NCBI GenBank assembly: GCA_963764625.1
Contig: CAVXTH010000006.1
Span: 320,001 to 384,000 of the forward strand
DNA length: 64,000 nt
DNA from: Candidatus Krumholzibacteriota bacterium
GTDB taxonomy: Bacteria; Krumholzibacteriota; Krumholzibacteriia; JAJRXK01
Direction of reading: 5' to 3'
The translations under genes were made by a program, and so were the position numbers. Below, piece after piece: positions 1 to 10,880 of this stretch; position 1 is the stretch's first letter, and each line of letters begins with the position of its first letter. The notes beneath the pieces were generated by a model. The model was not told the origin of the DNA. It saw only the letters and a list, made by a program, of their open reading frames with translations, and ran no database searches.

Positions 1-313
1 TCACGTCGCGGACGCGGTCGTGTGTCGTGGGGTGGAAGAGCGCGAGCCCATCGAGCCCGGGGATCGCTTTCCGGCCGACGTGGGCAGCCTGAGCTGCTTC
101 TGCCGGATCGTCCATGGCAAGGGAACGAAGGTCGTGCACGCCTGGATCCACGAAGGACAGACACGCGCCCGCGTCGAGCTCGAGGTGGGGAGTGATTCCT
201 GGAGAACCTGGAGCACCAAGCGTATCCTCCCTTCGTGGACCGGAGGCTGGGAGGTCAAGGTCATGACTCCCGACGGAATCGTGCTCGATTCGGTGTCGTT
301 CACAATCTATTGA
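1..313 (+). CDS. DUF2914-domain protein, C-terminal part (5' truncated by window edge)
   Basis: Frame +2 open from window start; VCRGVEEREP...HAWIHEG...WRTWSTKRILPSWTGGWEVKV pattern is typical of DUF2914. Confidence 0.8.
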   Translation, partial: HVADAVVCRGVEEREPIEPGDRFPADVGSLSCFCRIVHGKGTKVVHAWIHEGQTRARVELEVGSDSWRTWSTKRILPSWTGGWEVKVMTPDGIVLDSVSFTIY

Positions 314-329
314 TAGCCGAGGGATCAGC

Positions 330-896
330 GTGGATCCTACAGCCGCACTCATCGAAGTTCGCGTGAGCGCCTTGGTCCGCGATGCTAAGACGGACGCTCC
401 AGTGGTCCTTCTCCAGGTGCTGGGGACGAAGCGGCATCTGCCCATCTGGATCGGTGACGCCGAAGCCAATGCGATTGCCATGGTGCTCGCGGGTCGCCGG
501 TTCCAACGTCCCCTCACCCACGATCTCATGCAGCAAATCGTCGATGGTCTCGGGGGAAAACTGAGTCGAGTGGTGGTCACCGACATTCAGGGGAATACCT
601 ACTTCGCTCGACTCTACCTGTCGCGAGGTCACGAGCTCGTCGCCATTGATGCCCGCCCCAGCGATTCCATCGCTCTCGCGCTTCGTTGTGAATCTCCCAT
701 CTTTCTGTCCCGGAAAGTGGCGGAGGGGCAGGCGGACAACATGCTGGAAGCCGAGGAGAGCGTGGACAAGCAGCAGGTGGTGGAAAACCTCATCCGCGAT
801 GTGCAGAACAAGATGGACCCGGATGATCCTGGACCCCCAGACGATTTCGACGAGGAGGGTGGCGAATGGCCATCATCAGACCCTACCGAGGAATGA
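330..896 (+). CDS. Bifunctional nuclease family protein (DUF151/DNase-RNase)
   Basis: LPIWIGDAEANAIA, RPLTHDL, IDARPSDSIALALR motifs; acidic tail. Confidence 0.92.
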   Translation: MDPTAALIEVRVSALVRDAKTDAPVVLLQVLGTKRHLPIWIGDAEANAIAMVLAGRRFQRPLTHDLMQQIVDGLGGKLSRVVVTDIQGNTYFARLYLSRGHELVAIDARPSDSIALALRCESPIFLSRKVAEGQADNMLEAEESVDKQQVVENLIRDVQNKMDPDDPGPPDDFDEEGGEWPSSDPTEE

Positions 897-1387
897 CTCC
901 CCAAATCGGAAGGAACGTTTATCTCTCCGACGACGTGGTGATCATCGGAGAAGTGATCATCGAGGACGATGTGAACATCTGGTGGGGGAGCGTTCTTCGC
1001 GGAGATTGCGGGCTGATCAGAGTCGGCAGGGGGAGCAACATTCAAGATGGCTGCATGCTCCATTCCACCACGGACTACAGCACGACGGTTCTTCAAAACG
1101 ATGTTTCGGTGGGCCATCACGCCGTCATTCACGGCGCCCTGGTGGAAGAGGGTTGCCTCGTCGGCATGAAAAGTGTGTTGCTCGATCGAGCCCACATCGA
1201 GAAGTTTGCCATCGTGGCGGCGGGCGCGGTCGTTCCGGAGAAAATGAGAGTTCCCAGCAATCATCTGGTGGCGGGAGTTCCCGCCAGCATCAAGAAAGAA
1301 CTGCCGGCGGAGAACGAGGTTGCCCGGCGTGCCCACGCGCAGGAATACCGCGATCTCGCCGCCTGGTATCTGAAGAACCCGAGTTGA
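866..1387 (+). CDS. Gamma carbonic anhydrase family / hexapeptide-repeat protein
   Basis: VLRGD, NIQDGCMLH, VGHHAVIHG (metal-binding His); left-handed beta-helix repeats. Confidence 0.92.
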   Translation: MAIIRPYRGMTPQIGRNVYLSDDVVIIGEVIIEDDVNIWWGSVLRGDCGLIRVGRGSNIQDGCMLHSTTDYSTTVLQNDVSVGHHAVIHGALVEEGCLVGMKSVLLDRAHIEKFAIVAAGAVVPEKMRVPSNHLVAGVPASIKKELPAENEVARRAHAQEYRDLAAWYLKNPS

Positions 1388-1427
1388 GATTCTCTATCCC
1401 GACAGCCCCTGTTTCGAGGTGGCGATC

Positions 1428-3281
1428 ATGAACAAGGACCGTTTCTCGATCAGGGTGCTCGCGCTTCTGATCTCCCTACTTCTACCGGCCTGCGCGTCAT
1501 CGACCAGGGCTCCACGTTTGAGCAGTGGATTGAGTCAAGAGGAGCAGCAGGAGGCGTCCAAGGACTACCAGCGCCTCTTGGCGGCCAGCGCCTCGGGGCA
1601 GAATTCTGAAGCTCGCGATCTGGCATATTCCATCCTGGATCACTATTCGGGATTCGAGCACGAAGACCATGTGCTGCTGCTGGGAGCGCGAGCGGCGAAG
1701 GCGATGGGGGACGAACGGACCGCTCGTGTTCTGCTCGACGATCTGCTTCAGCACCACCCTAATTCCCCCTATGTCGCGGATACATGGTGGCTCACGGCGC
1801 AGATTCATGACGAGCGAGGACAGTGGCGCGACGCCGCGCTGGCGTACGTGCACTACCTCGATCAGGCCGGCGATCTTTCAGCACGGGACCGGGCCGAAGA
1901 TCGTCTGCACACGATTCTGCAGGAGAGACTCAGTTCGAATGAGCTCGGTCGTCTCAGAAAGGAAAGCCTCGACACGAGTTCGGGGGCGGAAGTTTCCTAC
2001 GTCTACCTGCAAAAGCAGCACGATGCCGGCGAGCGGCCCAATGAGATAGGCCCCCTCCTGGAGGACTTTCTGACTCGTTTCCCCCAGAGCTCGCACCGCG
2101 ACGCCGTGGCGCAGATGCTCGCGGAATACCGGAGCGCCGGCAGCTACCAGCCGTCGGGACGAGTCTCCGTGGCCTATGTCGATCGCATCGGCGTTCTCTG
2201 TCCCCTCACGGGAGAATACGCGGCCTTGGGGCAGGCCATGTACAATGGAGCTCTGCTCGCGCTCGAAGAGCACAATCGCGAATTCGGGGAGGACATGAAA
2301 CTCATCGCGCTCGATACCAGGGGCGACGGAGTTCAGGCCGTTCTGTCCGCCCGCTCCCTGATCGATGACGAGGGGGTACTGGCCATCGTGGGCGCGCTGC
2401 TTTCGTCCAGCACCATTGCTGCCGCCGTCGTCTGCCAGGATCGTCGCGTGCCTCTGGTCTCCCCGACCGCCACGCAGGAAAACATCTCCAGCATCGGGGA
2501 CGAGATCTTCCAGACCAACCTCACTCGTGGATTCGAGACGCGGGTTCTGGCCCGCGTCGCAGTCCGGCGATTGCTGCGGCGCCGCCTGGCAATTCTGTAT
2601 CCGGATACCGACGAGGGAAGGAACGCGGCCAACATCTTCTCGGCGGAATCCGAACGTCTCGGTGCGCGCATCGTGGCGAGCGAGCCGTATCAGAGTGGGC
2701 TCACCGATTTCAAGGCGCCGATCGAGCGCATTCGCGAGAAGGGACCGGAGGCGCTCTTCGTGCCCGCGGGTCCCAGCGAGATGCGCCTCATCGCACCGCA
2801 GCTCACATTCTATCAGCTCGAGGTCCAGCTTCTGGGCCTGAATACCTGGAACCGCCCCCGGCTCGCGGAAGGAGCAGGGGACGTCCTGGAGGGAGCCATC
2901 TTTCCCGGCGAGACCGCGCTCATGGCTCCGGGGGACCGAGAGCGATTCCAGGAGCTGTGGAAGAGGCGCTTCAACGACGACGAAGTCAATCCCTTCGCCC
3001 TCAAGACCTATTTCGCCACCCGGCGGCTGCTGAATGCCGTCCAGGGGGGCGCGCGCTCGCGCAGCGCCCTGAGTGAGGAGCTGATCCAGAACCTCATCTC
3101 CACCGATCGCTCGCGCAATCTGCTCTCCAACGAATCATCCCTGCGCATGCTGGAAAACGGGAAGGCGGTTCCCTTCCCCAGTGAAGTGTTCGGTGATCCG
3201 ATCGGGCCGATTCTCCCGGATTCCTCATCGCCCAACGAGCAGCTTCCCGCCTCAGGTGGTACACCGAAAGGAAGACGCTAG
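1428..3281 (+). CDS. Lipoprotein with TPR/BamD-like N-terminus and LivJ-type periplasmic-binding fold (LpoA/LppC-like PBP activator family)
   Basis: Lipobox LLLPA-C; HPNSPY/FPQSSH BamD-like repeats; IGVLCPLTGEYAALG, VPLVSPTAT, GLTDFKAPI. Confidence 0.75.
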   Translation: MNKDRFSIRVLALLISLLLPACASSTRAPRLSSGLSQEEQQEASKDYQRLLAASASGQNSEARDLAYSILDHYSGFEHEDHVLLLGARAAKAMGDERTARVLLDDLLQHHPNSPYVADTWWLTAQIHDERGQWRDAALAYVHYLDQAGDLSARDRAEDRLHTILQERLSSNELGRLRKESLDTSSGAEVSYVYLQKQHDAGERPNEIGPLLEDFLTRFPQSSHRDAVAQMLAEYRSAGSYQPSGRVSVAYVDRIGVLCPLTGEYAALGQAMYNGALLALEEHNREFGEDMKLIALDTRGDGVQAVLSARSLIDDEGVLAIVGALLSSSTIAAAVVCQDRRVPLVSPTATQENISSIGDEIFQTNLTRGFETRVLARVAVRRLLRRRLAILYPDTDEGRNAANIFSAESERLGARIVASEPYQSGLTDFKAPIERIREKGPEALFVPAGPSEMRLIAPQLTFYQLEVQLLGLNTWNRPRLAEGAGDVLEGAIFPGETALMAPGDRERFQELWKRRFNDDEVNPFALKTYFATRRLLNAVQGGARSRSALSEELIQNLISTDRSRNLLSNESSLRMLENGKAVPFPSEVFGDPIGPILPDSSSPNEQLPASGGTPKGRR

Positions 3282-4003
3282 GGTTTTTCCCCCGTGGTGG
3301 GGAGTGGAGCGGTGGGTGGTTTGAAGATCCACCGCACCTGGTCCCAAAATGGTTCGGCCGCTCCCTCTTCTCCGAGGTAGCGGTATTGCCACTGGCGAAC
3401 CGCGCGTAGGGCTTCCTCCTCGAATCGCTTGCCGCCTTCCCCACGCGTCACGTAGGCATCGCTAACTCTTCCATCGCTCTCGACGTAGATCGCGACGTCG
3501 ACCGTGACGGGGTGGGGTAGAACCACACCCCGTGGATAGCGTGGCCGGACCAGTTTGATGAGCACGAAATCGAGACTGCGTTGCGAGGGTCGAACCATGC
3601 GGACCTGCTGGCGGTCCTCGTTGCCCTGCCAGTTGCTCTCTTTGGGTTTCGTGTCGGATTCGATCGTGTAGTCGGGAACTCCCTGCGGCGGGGGCTCCGG
3701 TATGGCGTTCTCGGTGGTGGGGGTGGGCTCGCGCTTGTCCACCACCTCGACCTGCAGGCCTTTCGACGCGCGCGCGCGCATCTGTTTGGGATCCTGGTTC
3801 TTGGGGTCCTGGTCCTGAATGATCTCGATGTTGGGCAGGACGCGCAGCTCTCCTTCGACTCCGGTGTGGAAGAGCAACTGTTGGAGACGATCCTCGTCGG
3901 GACCCAAAATGGCGATCAATACCATGCCCACCAGGGCGGCGCCGGACGCCAGGAGAATTCTCCGGCGGTAGGAACCGTGGCGGAAGGCTGGTTCTGTTTC
4001 CAT
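3278..4003 (-). CDS. tonB: Energy transducer TonB
   Basis: N-terminal TM helix, Pro-rich linker, C-terminal VRPRYP...VESDGRVSDA...FEEEALRAVRQWQY; start taken at ATG 4003. Confidence 0.8.
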   Translation of the reverse strand: METEPAFRHGSYRRRILLASGAALVGMVLIAILGPDEDRLQQLLFHTGVEGELRVLPNIEIIQDQDPKNQDPKQMRARASKGLQVEVVDKREPTPTTENAIPEPPPQGVPDYTIESDTKPKESNWQGNEDRQQVRMVRPSQRSLDFVLIKLVRPRYPRGVVLPHPVTVDVAIYVESDGRVSDAYVTRGEGGKRFEEEALRAVRQWQYRYLGEEGAAEPFWDQVRWIFKPPTAPLPTTGEKP

Positions 4004-4040
4004 AAAACGAGTCCAGACAAGGGATTGAGCGTTCAGCTTC

Positions 4041-4069
4041 AAGCTACCGGCAGGAAAGAACCGTGTCAA
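4041..4069 (-). promoter_or_regulatory. Sigma70-type promoter for tonB
   Basis: Minus strand TTGACA (4069-4064), 17 nt spacer, TAGCTT (4046-4041). Confidence 0.6.
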
Positions 4070-4080
4070 CGCGGCCTCGT

Positions 4081-4110
4081 TTGACGCTGCCTTTTCGCCT
4101 GTGCTAGGGT
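4081..4110 (+). promoter_or_regulatory. Sigma70-type promoter for the selA operon
   Basis: TTGACG (4081-4086), 18 nt spacer, extended -10 TGcTAGGGT (4102-4110). Confidence 0.5.
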
Positions 4111-4151
4111 GGCGCCGCCCACGCTCTCCAATCAAGGATCGCTCCGCCGGT

Positions 4152-5585
4152 ATGAGCCATCCCGGGCGGGAATTACCGCCGCTTCATGAACTCCTGAAAC
4201 GACGCGCCGTACGTGCGCTTCGCCGCCGCCTGCGCGCCGATCTGCTCACGCGCCTGGCCCGAGATCTCATCAGCGAGGAACGTGCCTTTCTCTCCCGGGG
4301 TAAGTCGTTTTCGCGTCGATACGGATCGGACACGGTGACCCGGGCCAGGCTCACGAAATACCTCGAGGCAAGGTTGGTCGAGGAGGTCGAGAACTTGATG
4401 CGGCCCCAATTGCGCAGCGTGATCAACGCCAGCGGGGTTTTGCTCCACACCAATCTGGGACGGGCCCGACTCGGAATCGCGGCCAGAACGGAGCTTGCCC
4501 GCGTGGCGGAAGACCCGGTCGCGTTGGAGATCGATCTCGAATCGGGGAAGCGGGGCAGTCGTAACGCGGCGGTGGCTCGTTGGCTCCATCTCTTGACCGG
4601 CGCACAGTCGGGTCTCGCGGTGAACAACGGCGCCGGGGCGCTCTGGTTGATCGTGCATGTCCTCGCGCGCGGGCGACGAGCGATCATCTCGCGGGGGGAA
4701 CAGGTCGCGATCGGTGGGTCCTTTCGCATGCCCGAATTGCTACGGACCACCGGGGCCAAGATCGTGGAGGTGGGAACCACCAACAAGACGAATCTCTCCG
4801 ATTACCAAAAGGTGCTCCGCGAGGGAGACTTGATCGTGAAGGTCCACCCCAGCAATTACCGGGTGAGCGGATTCACCGAGGAGGCTTCGCTCGAGGACTT
4901 GGGTGCTCTGGCGGAGGAAAAAGACGCACGACTGGTCTTTGACGCGGGTAGTGGTTGCCTCTATAACTTTGCGAAGTTCGGCTTGAAAGGAGAGTTGACG
5001 GTGACTCAGGCCTTGAGTTCCGGAGCCCAACTCGTGAGCTTCAGCGGGGACAAGCTCCTCGGCGGACCGCAGGCCGGACTCATCGTCGGCGAGGCCTCGC
5101 TGATCACCAAACTGAACAGGCATCCCATGATGAGGGCGCTGAGACTCGACAAGTTGATTCTCTCGGCGCTAGAAGCCACTCTCAAGGAGTACGGACGTGG
5201 CAGCGGCCCTCCGGAGATTCCGCTCCTGGATGCTCTCAGGTTGAGCAAGTCCGAGCTCTCCCGGCGTGCGGCCAGACTCGAACTCGAACTAAAAGCCGGG
5301 TTGCCAGAAGGGTGGAGCTGCAGAGTGTCGAAGGGAGAAGCGGCCATCGGCGGGGGATCGTTCGCGGAACACCCGGTGGGGAGTGTGCAAGTCAAGATCG
5401 AAGGACCCAGAGCAAGGAGCGCGGAGCAGCTCCACGCTTCACTACGGCGCGGACAACCCGCGGTTTTGACCTCGATCGTTCAAGGAGTAATTCGGATCGA
5501 CCTTCGCACGCTGCGCGAAAACGATCTCTCGATCCTCGCCGACCGCATCATCCATCTGAGCCGGGAGGGGGAAGTACAGTCGTGA
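4152..5585 (+). CDS. selA: L-seryl-tRNA(Sec) selenium transferase
   Basis: VINASGVLLHTNLGRA, VNNGAGA, SRGEQVAIGGSFRMP, EVGTTNKT, KVHPSNY, PLP lysine motif SGDKLLGGPQAG. Confidence 0.95.
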   Translation: MSHPGRELPPLHELLKRRAVRALRRRLRADLLTRLARDLISEERAFLSRGKSFSRRYGSDTVTRARLTKYLEARLVEEVENLMRPQLRSVINASGVLLHTNLGRARLGIAARTELARVAEDPVALEIDLESGKRGSRNAAVARWLHLLTGAQSGLAVNNGAGALWLIVHVLARGRRAIISRGEQVAIGGSFRMPELLRTTGAKIVEVGTTNKTNLSDYQKVLREGDLIVKVHPSNYRVSGFTEEASLEDLGALAEEKDARLVFDAGSGCLYNFAKFGLKGELTVTQALSSGAQLVSFSGDKLLGGPQAGLIVGEASLITKLNRHPMMRALRLDKLILSALEATLKEYGRGSGPPEIPLLDALRLSKSELSRRAARLELELKAGLPEGWSCRVSKGEAAIGGGSFAEHPVGSVQVKIEGPRARSAEQLHASLRRGQPAVLTSIVQGVIRIDLRTLRENDLSILADRIIHLSREGEVQS

Positions 5586-7113
5586 ATGAAGACAGGGAAG
5601 ACCCACTGAACTCCACGCAGGGAAAAGGCATCGAAGAGGCGGGCGTTTGGATTCGCGATACGCTCGCTCGAGCCGAGAGTGGTTTCTACCATCTCGGCTA
5701 TTCCTCGGCTCGCCCGGGAAAATGGGAGAAAATCGAAGAGCTGCTCGACAGCACGCACCTCGAGGAGTTTCGCCTCGTGGCCGAGGGGCTACGCGCGCAG
5801 GCGGGAACGGAGGAGGGACTCGTCACCGTGGTGGGTGACGACCAGTCCAGTGCGCGGGCCCGCACCTACCTCGCCTTTCAGGTCGCTCGCCTCTTGGCCC
5901 AGGGTGGTGGGCGCGTTCTTCTCGTTGACGGAGAATTCGAAGAAGACGGGCTGGGGGAATGGTTGGGAGACACCGGTCGTGAAGGGCTGCTGGACGTCGC
6001 TCGTTACGGAGCTTCGCCGGGTGCGACTCTGCAGTCGGTAGGTCTGGATAACGTGGACCTCATGGGAGTCGGAAGCTATCGCCCTCGCGAGAGTGAGCCG
6101 CTGAGTCCCGAGGAACTGCGTGGCGCCCTGCGCCAACTCAAAGCGGTCTGGAACTTCATTTTGATCACGGCTCCCGCGCGCAACGCCCAGGGGGAGTACA
6201 ACCCGCTCTTCTCGCACGGAGACGGAGTCTTGATGGGCGTCACCCTCAAAGGGGAAGCCCGGGATCGGTTCGAAGCGCTGGCAGAAGCCCTCATGGAGAG
6301 GAGCGTGGCGATCTTCGGAGTCATGGCTTTTCCCGAGGCAGCCTCCGAGGGGCTCGGGGCCACGCCCGAGGCGGAGTCTGAGCTTCCACTGGAGACCAAA
6401 GTGCGCCACGTTTCGTCCTCTCCCTACGCGCGGGACCCGCATCCGCACCAGAGCAGCGCACTCTTTCGCCGCATTGCTCTGGGAATCGGTTTGATCCTGG
6501 TTGTCTTCGTTGGAGTGTGGGCCACGATCCAATGGTCACATCGACCGCGCGTCGAATCGGGACCGAGCGATTCGGGGCGAAGGGAATCGCTCGCGGCTGC
6601 GAAGGCACGCCCCGCGAACTCGCCGGCCGCGGTGGTCACGGACTCGAACGCGACCCAGGGACGGGGAAACGGCGGTGGCCATGGTGGATTCAGTGCCCCC
6701 AGACCGCCTCAAATCCGCTATCTTGACCCCGGAGAAGGAAGAGGAGAAGATCGGCGCGAACGAGATCAGCTCCAGCGCAAAGCCCAGCCCGCCCGCGCCC
6801 AAGCTCAGGGACGCGGAGACGGAGCTCAGTAGAGGATTCCCTGGCTGTGGCGCTGCGGCTACGCCCGGAAAATGGTTACGCTCTTCATCCGTGGAGTTTT
6901 CCCGACTCCACCCAGACGCTTCCCTCGCTGCGGAAGCTGCGAGCCGCCGGAATGCAGCCGGTGGTGGTCTCCGCGGAGATCCCGGGGAAGGGAACCTGGT
7001 ATCGGGTGATCGTGGGCAACTACCCGACCCGTCAGGCGGCTCTGAAGGCGCGAAGCCTTCTGTTGACGAGACCGGATGTGGATTATGTCGGTATCGTGAG
7101 AGTCGGCCACTGA
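5582..7113 (+). CDS. Degenerate BY-kinase (CpsD/CapB/Wzc-like) domain + TM helix + low-complexity linker + SPOR domain; two frame breaks (~6660, ~6800)
   Basis: ARLLAQGGGRVLLVD, GLLDV, DGVLMGV, IFGVM follow the BY-kinase fold; TM IALGIGLILVVFVGVW; SPOR-type IPGKGTWYRVIVGNYPTRQAA in 6847-7113; GTG start overlaps the selA stop. Confidence 0.7.
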
Positions 7114-7161
7114 GGCGACTTTCTAGAATGAGTATTGCTTCGACATGAGGAGAAGGACGGC

Positions 7162-10100
7162 GTGAGACTGAAACGGGTGGAGATGGTGGGCTTCAAGTCC
7201 TTTATGGATCGTACGGTTCTCGATTTCCGTGACGGCGTGACTTCCATTCTGGGTCCCAACGGTTGTGGAAAGAGCAACGTGGTAGACGCGGTTCGCTGGG
7301 TATTGGGAGAACAGAGTCCCAAGCAACTTCGCGGCGAGAAGATGGAAGACGTGATTTTCAAGGGAAGCAGCAAGCGCAAACCGCTTTCCACCGCCGAAGT
7401 CACTCTGGTTTTCGACAACACGGCGGGCAAGCTGAACATCGAATACGATGAAGTGGCGATCACTCGGCGCGTGTCCCGTGAGGGAGGGAGTGACTATTTC
7501 CTCAACAAGACACCGTGCCGGCTGAAAGATCTGAAAGACCTTCTCTACGATACCGGCGCGGGAAACAACGCCTACTCGATCATCGAGCAGGAAATGGTGG
7601 GGCAGGTTCTGAATCCCAGCGAGAACAAAGTGCGCTCGATCCTCGAAGAGGGTTCAGGCGTGGTGCGGTACAAGGCAAAGCGCAAGGAAGCCCTGCGCAA
7701 GCTCGACCTCACCGAACGCGATTTGTTGCGCGTGGAAGACATCATCGACGAGATCGGACACCAGGTTCGCAGTCTCGCCCGCCAAGTGGGAAAGGCCCGG
7801 CGGCACAAGCGCATTTTCGGGGAGCTGAAATCTCTGGAGATCATTCGGGCCCACCACGAGACGATATCCCTCCGGAAGGAGCTCGCCGAATTGCAGGAGC
7901 GCATCGAGGTGCTCCGGGTAGAGGGTTCGGGTGAGGACGCCGAGCTGGCGAAGACCCGCGCCTCCATCGAGGATATGCGTCCTGCGATCGAGGCCCTCGA
8001 GTCCCGCCGTCGGGAAAAGGAACACGAGTTCGCCCGCGTCGAAGCGAAACTGAAGCAGATCGAGGGTGAGTTGTTGGTCCTCAAGGAGCGCCTGGAGAGC
8101 GGGGGGCGTCGTTTGGAGGAGCTCGCGGAGGAACGTGAGCGCACCCAGAGCCGCGCGAGCGAGATCGAGAGCGAGCTTCAAGAGGCGGTGAACGAGCAGT
8201 TCCATCTGCAGGAGCAGCTCGAAGCCACGCGTGAAGACGCTGCGCTAAAGGAGGCCGCCCTGCGTACGGCAGCCCAACTCTACGAGGACTCTCGCAACTC
8301 TCTGGCGGAAGCTCAACAGCTGAGCCTCAGCTTTCTACAGGAAGAGGCGGAGCGCAAGAAGGACGTGGCGACCCAGGAGACGAAGATCCAGTCGCTCGGA
8401 GAACGCGAGAAAGTGCTCGAGTCGAAGTTGCGCGAGAGCGAGGAGCAGCGCAACGCTCTCCGCGAAGAGCTGGTGGAAGTCGAGCAGAGCCTGGCTGGTC
8501 TCGAGACCCAACGCGCCGAGATCGAAGCCGAGATCACGCGGCATCGCGATGCCGAAGCGAACTGTGACAAGTTGGTGGATCGCGCCCTCGATGAGCGCGC
8601 GTCGGCGGCGGACGATCTGGCGCGGGCAGAGAGCCGGCACGAGATCGCGGCCCGGATCGCGGCGGAATACGAAGGATACAGAAGTGGTGCCGCGGCCCTT
8701 CTGAAAGACGAGGCCTCTCGGAAAAACCTGCGGGGAGCGCTAGCGGAGAATCTGACGGTGGAGAAGGGGTACGAGACCGCGTTCGAGTTGCTCTTCGGCG
8801 AGGATGCGGACGCGCTCTTGGTGGACGGACTCGAGGACGCTCACAAGCTCGCAACCCGCCTCTCGAGCGAGAAACTGGGCCAGGGTTCGTTCCTGGTCGA
8901 TCTGGGGAGCGAAGGCCCTACCGCCGCGCAGAAGAAGGACCTCCTGGGACGTCCCGCGCTTGAGCTGGTGCGGATCCGCGGGATGGAAAGCCGGCATCTT
9001 CGCTCATGGCTGGGTCAGGTGAGAGTCGTGGACCGCGCGCGAGAGGCGGTCGAGGCCGCGCTGACGCATGCCGGCGAGGGCATTTCCTTCCTCGCGAAAG
9101 AGGGTCTTTTCATTCGCTCCGACGGACTCGTCCGGGGTGGAGCGGGAAAGAAGCGCGAACTCTCGCTCTTCGGACGTAAGGAGCAGGTGGAGGGTTTGGC
9201 GCAGGAGGTCGAGACCCTGCGGTCTCGCCTCAGGGAGAAAGTGGAAGCCCTCGAGGATTCGGAAAGGCGCCGCGCCGAGGTGCGGCGCGCGCTGGCCGAA
9301 TCGCTGCAACAGCTCCGGACACGGCAAGACGAAGCTAAAGAGGTGGCCCAGCGAGCGGCGTCGAAGCGATCCGCCCTCGAGCAGAAGGAACAGGCGCGCG
9401 AGAGCTTCGCGGCAGAGCACGAAGAGGTGCGCCGCCGTCTCGGCGAACTCTTCGCTCACCTGGAATCCATGCAGCTTGGTTTGGGCCTCCATGACGTGGA
9501 TCGCGAGGCTTCACGCGAGAAAGTGAGCGAACTGGGAGAGAGGGTGCGCATTCAGGAAGAAGAGCGCGGGAACGCCGCCGAGGCGCACGCTCAAGCTCGC
9601 CTGGTCCTCACGCAGAAGGAAGGCGAGGCCCGGGAACTCGAGAGCCGACTGCATCGGTTGCGGGCCATGCAACAGGACTTGGATGCACGCACGAGCCGTC
9701 TGCGAGACGAAGACACGATCCTGAACCAACAGACGAAGGCCTGGCGATCCCAGCTCACCGAACACGAGGGGGAGCTCGAGTCTCTCTTCAAGGATCGCGG
9801 GCTTCGCGAAGAGGAGATGCGCGGGCTGCGCGAGGAGGTGGACACGCGCCGCGAGGGAATGGAAAAGGCCCAGGAGCACATGCGTGAGATCTCCGAGCAA
9901 CAACGCGAAAAGGCCAAGACTCTGGGAGAGATGGAAAACACCGTCACGCGAGACCGCCTCACCATCGAAAACTTCGAGGAGCGCATCCAGGAGAAGTATC
10001 GTGTGAGCATCGAGGCCGGGTTCGCTTCGCTCGACAGCGAGGATGTTGCCGAAGGAACTGGTCTTCGAGGAGGATACCTATCCCATGGAGCAAGTCATGG

Positions 10101-10876
10101 AGCTCCTGGAGGATCGCAGGACCAAGATCGACAAGCTGGGTCCGGTGAACTTCGCCGCGATGGAGGAATACGATCAGAAGAAGGTGCGGCTCGAGTTTCT
10201 CGAGAAGCAACGGGACGATCTTCTCACGAGCAAGGAACACCTACTCAAGGCCATCGACAAGATCAACCGGACGGCGCGCACCCTGTTTCGGGAGACCTTC
10301 GAGTCAGTGCGAAAGAACTTCCGGGAGATCTTCACTACTCTCTTCGAAGGGGGAGAGGCGGATCTCGAGTTGCTCACGGCCGAGGACCCGCTGGAGGCCG
10401 ATATCCAGATCCACGCGCGGCCCAAGGGCAAGAAGATCGACTCCGTCGCCCTCTTGTCCGGCGGAGAGCGCGCTCTCACCGCCATCGCCTTGCTCTTCTC
10501 GGTCTACCTCATCAAGCCGAGTCCGTTCTGCATTCTCGACGAGGTCGACGCTCCTCTGGACGATCTGAACATCAGCCGATTCGTGCGCTTGATCGAGCGC
10601 TTCCAGGAGCGCACGCAGTTCATCGTGATCACCCACAACAAGCTCTCCATGGAAGCGGCCGATCACCTTTATGGGGTCACCATGGAGGAGAGTGGCGTGA
10701 GCCGTCTGGTCTCGGTGAGCTTCGAGGAACTGGACGCCGGGGATCCGCTGCAGGCGCTGGAGGAAGCGGCGGCCACCCGGGAGCGTGAGGCCACCCCAGG
10801 TGAGCGGCTGGCGGCGGCCAGGGTGGACACTTCCTCGCCGAGCCGGAAGCTGGGACAGATGGAAGAGGAAGGGTAG
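7162..10876 (+). CDS. smc: Chromosome segregation protein SMC (frame break ~10045)
   Basis: GFKSF, Walker A GPNGCGKSN, hinge GGAG; second frame carries LGPVN, LSGGERAL, ILDEVDAPLD, VITHNK. Confidence 0.95.
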
Positions 10877-10880
10877 CTCG

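Noticed and set aside
866-896. 31-nt overlap between the DUF151 and gamma-CA genes as a fusion or recoding signal
   Set aside because: The downstream gene has its own GAGGAGG RBS and ATG; the overlap is only an acidic unstructured tail
7162-10876. smc as a split gene or pseudogene (likewise ftsI at ~39040)
   Set aside because: All motifs are intact on both sides of a single break in conserved housekeeping genes, which fits the window-wide indel pattern
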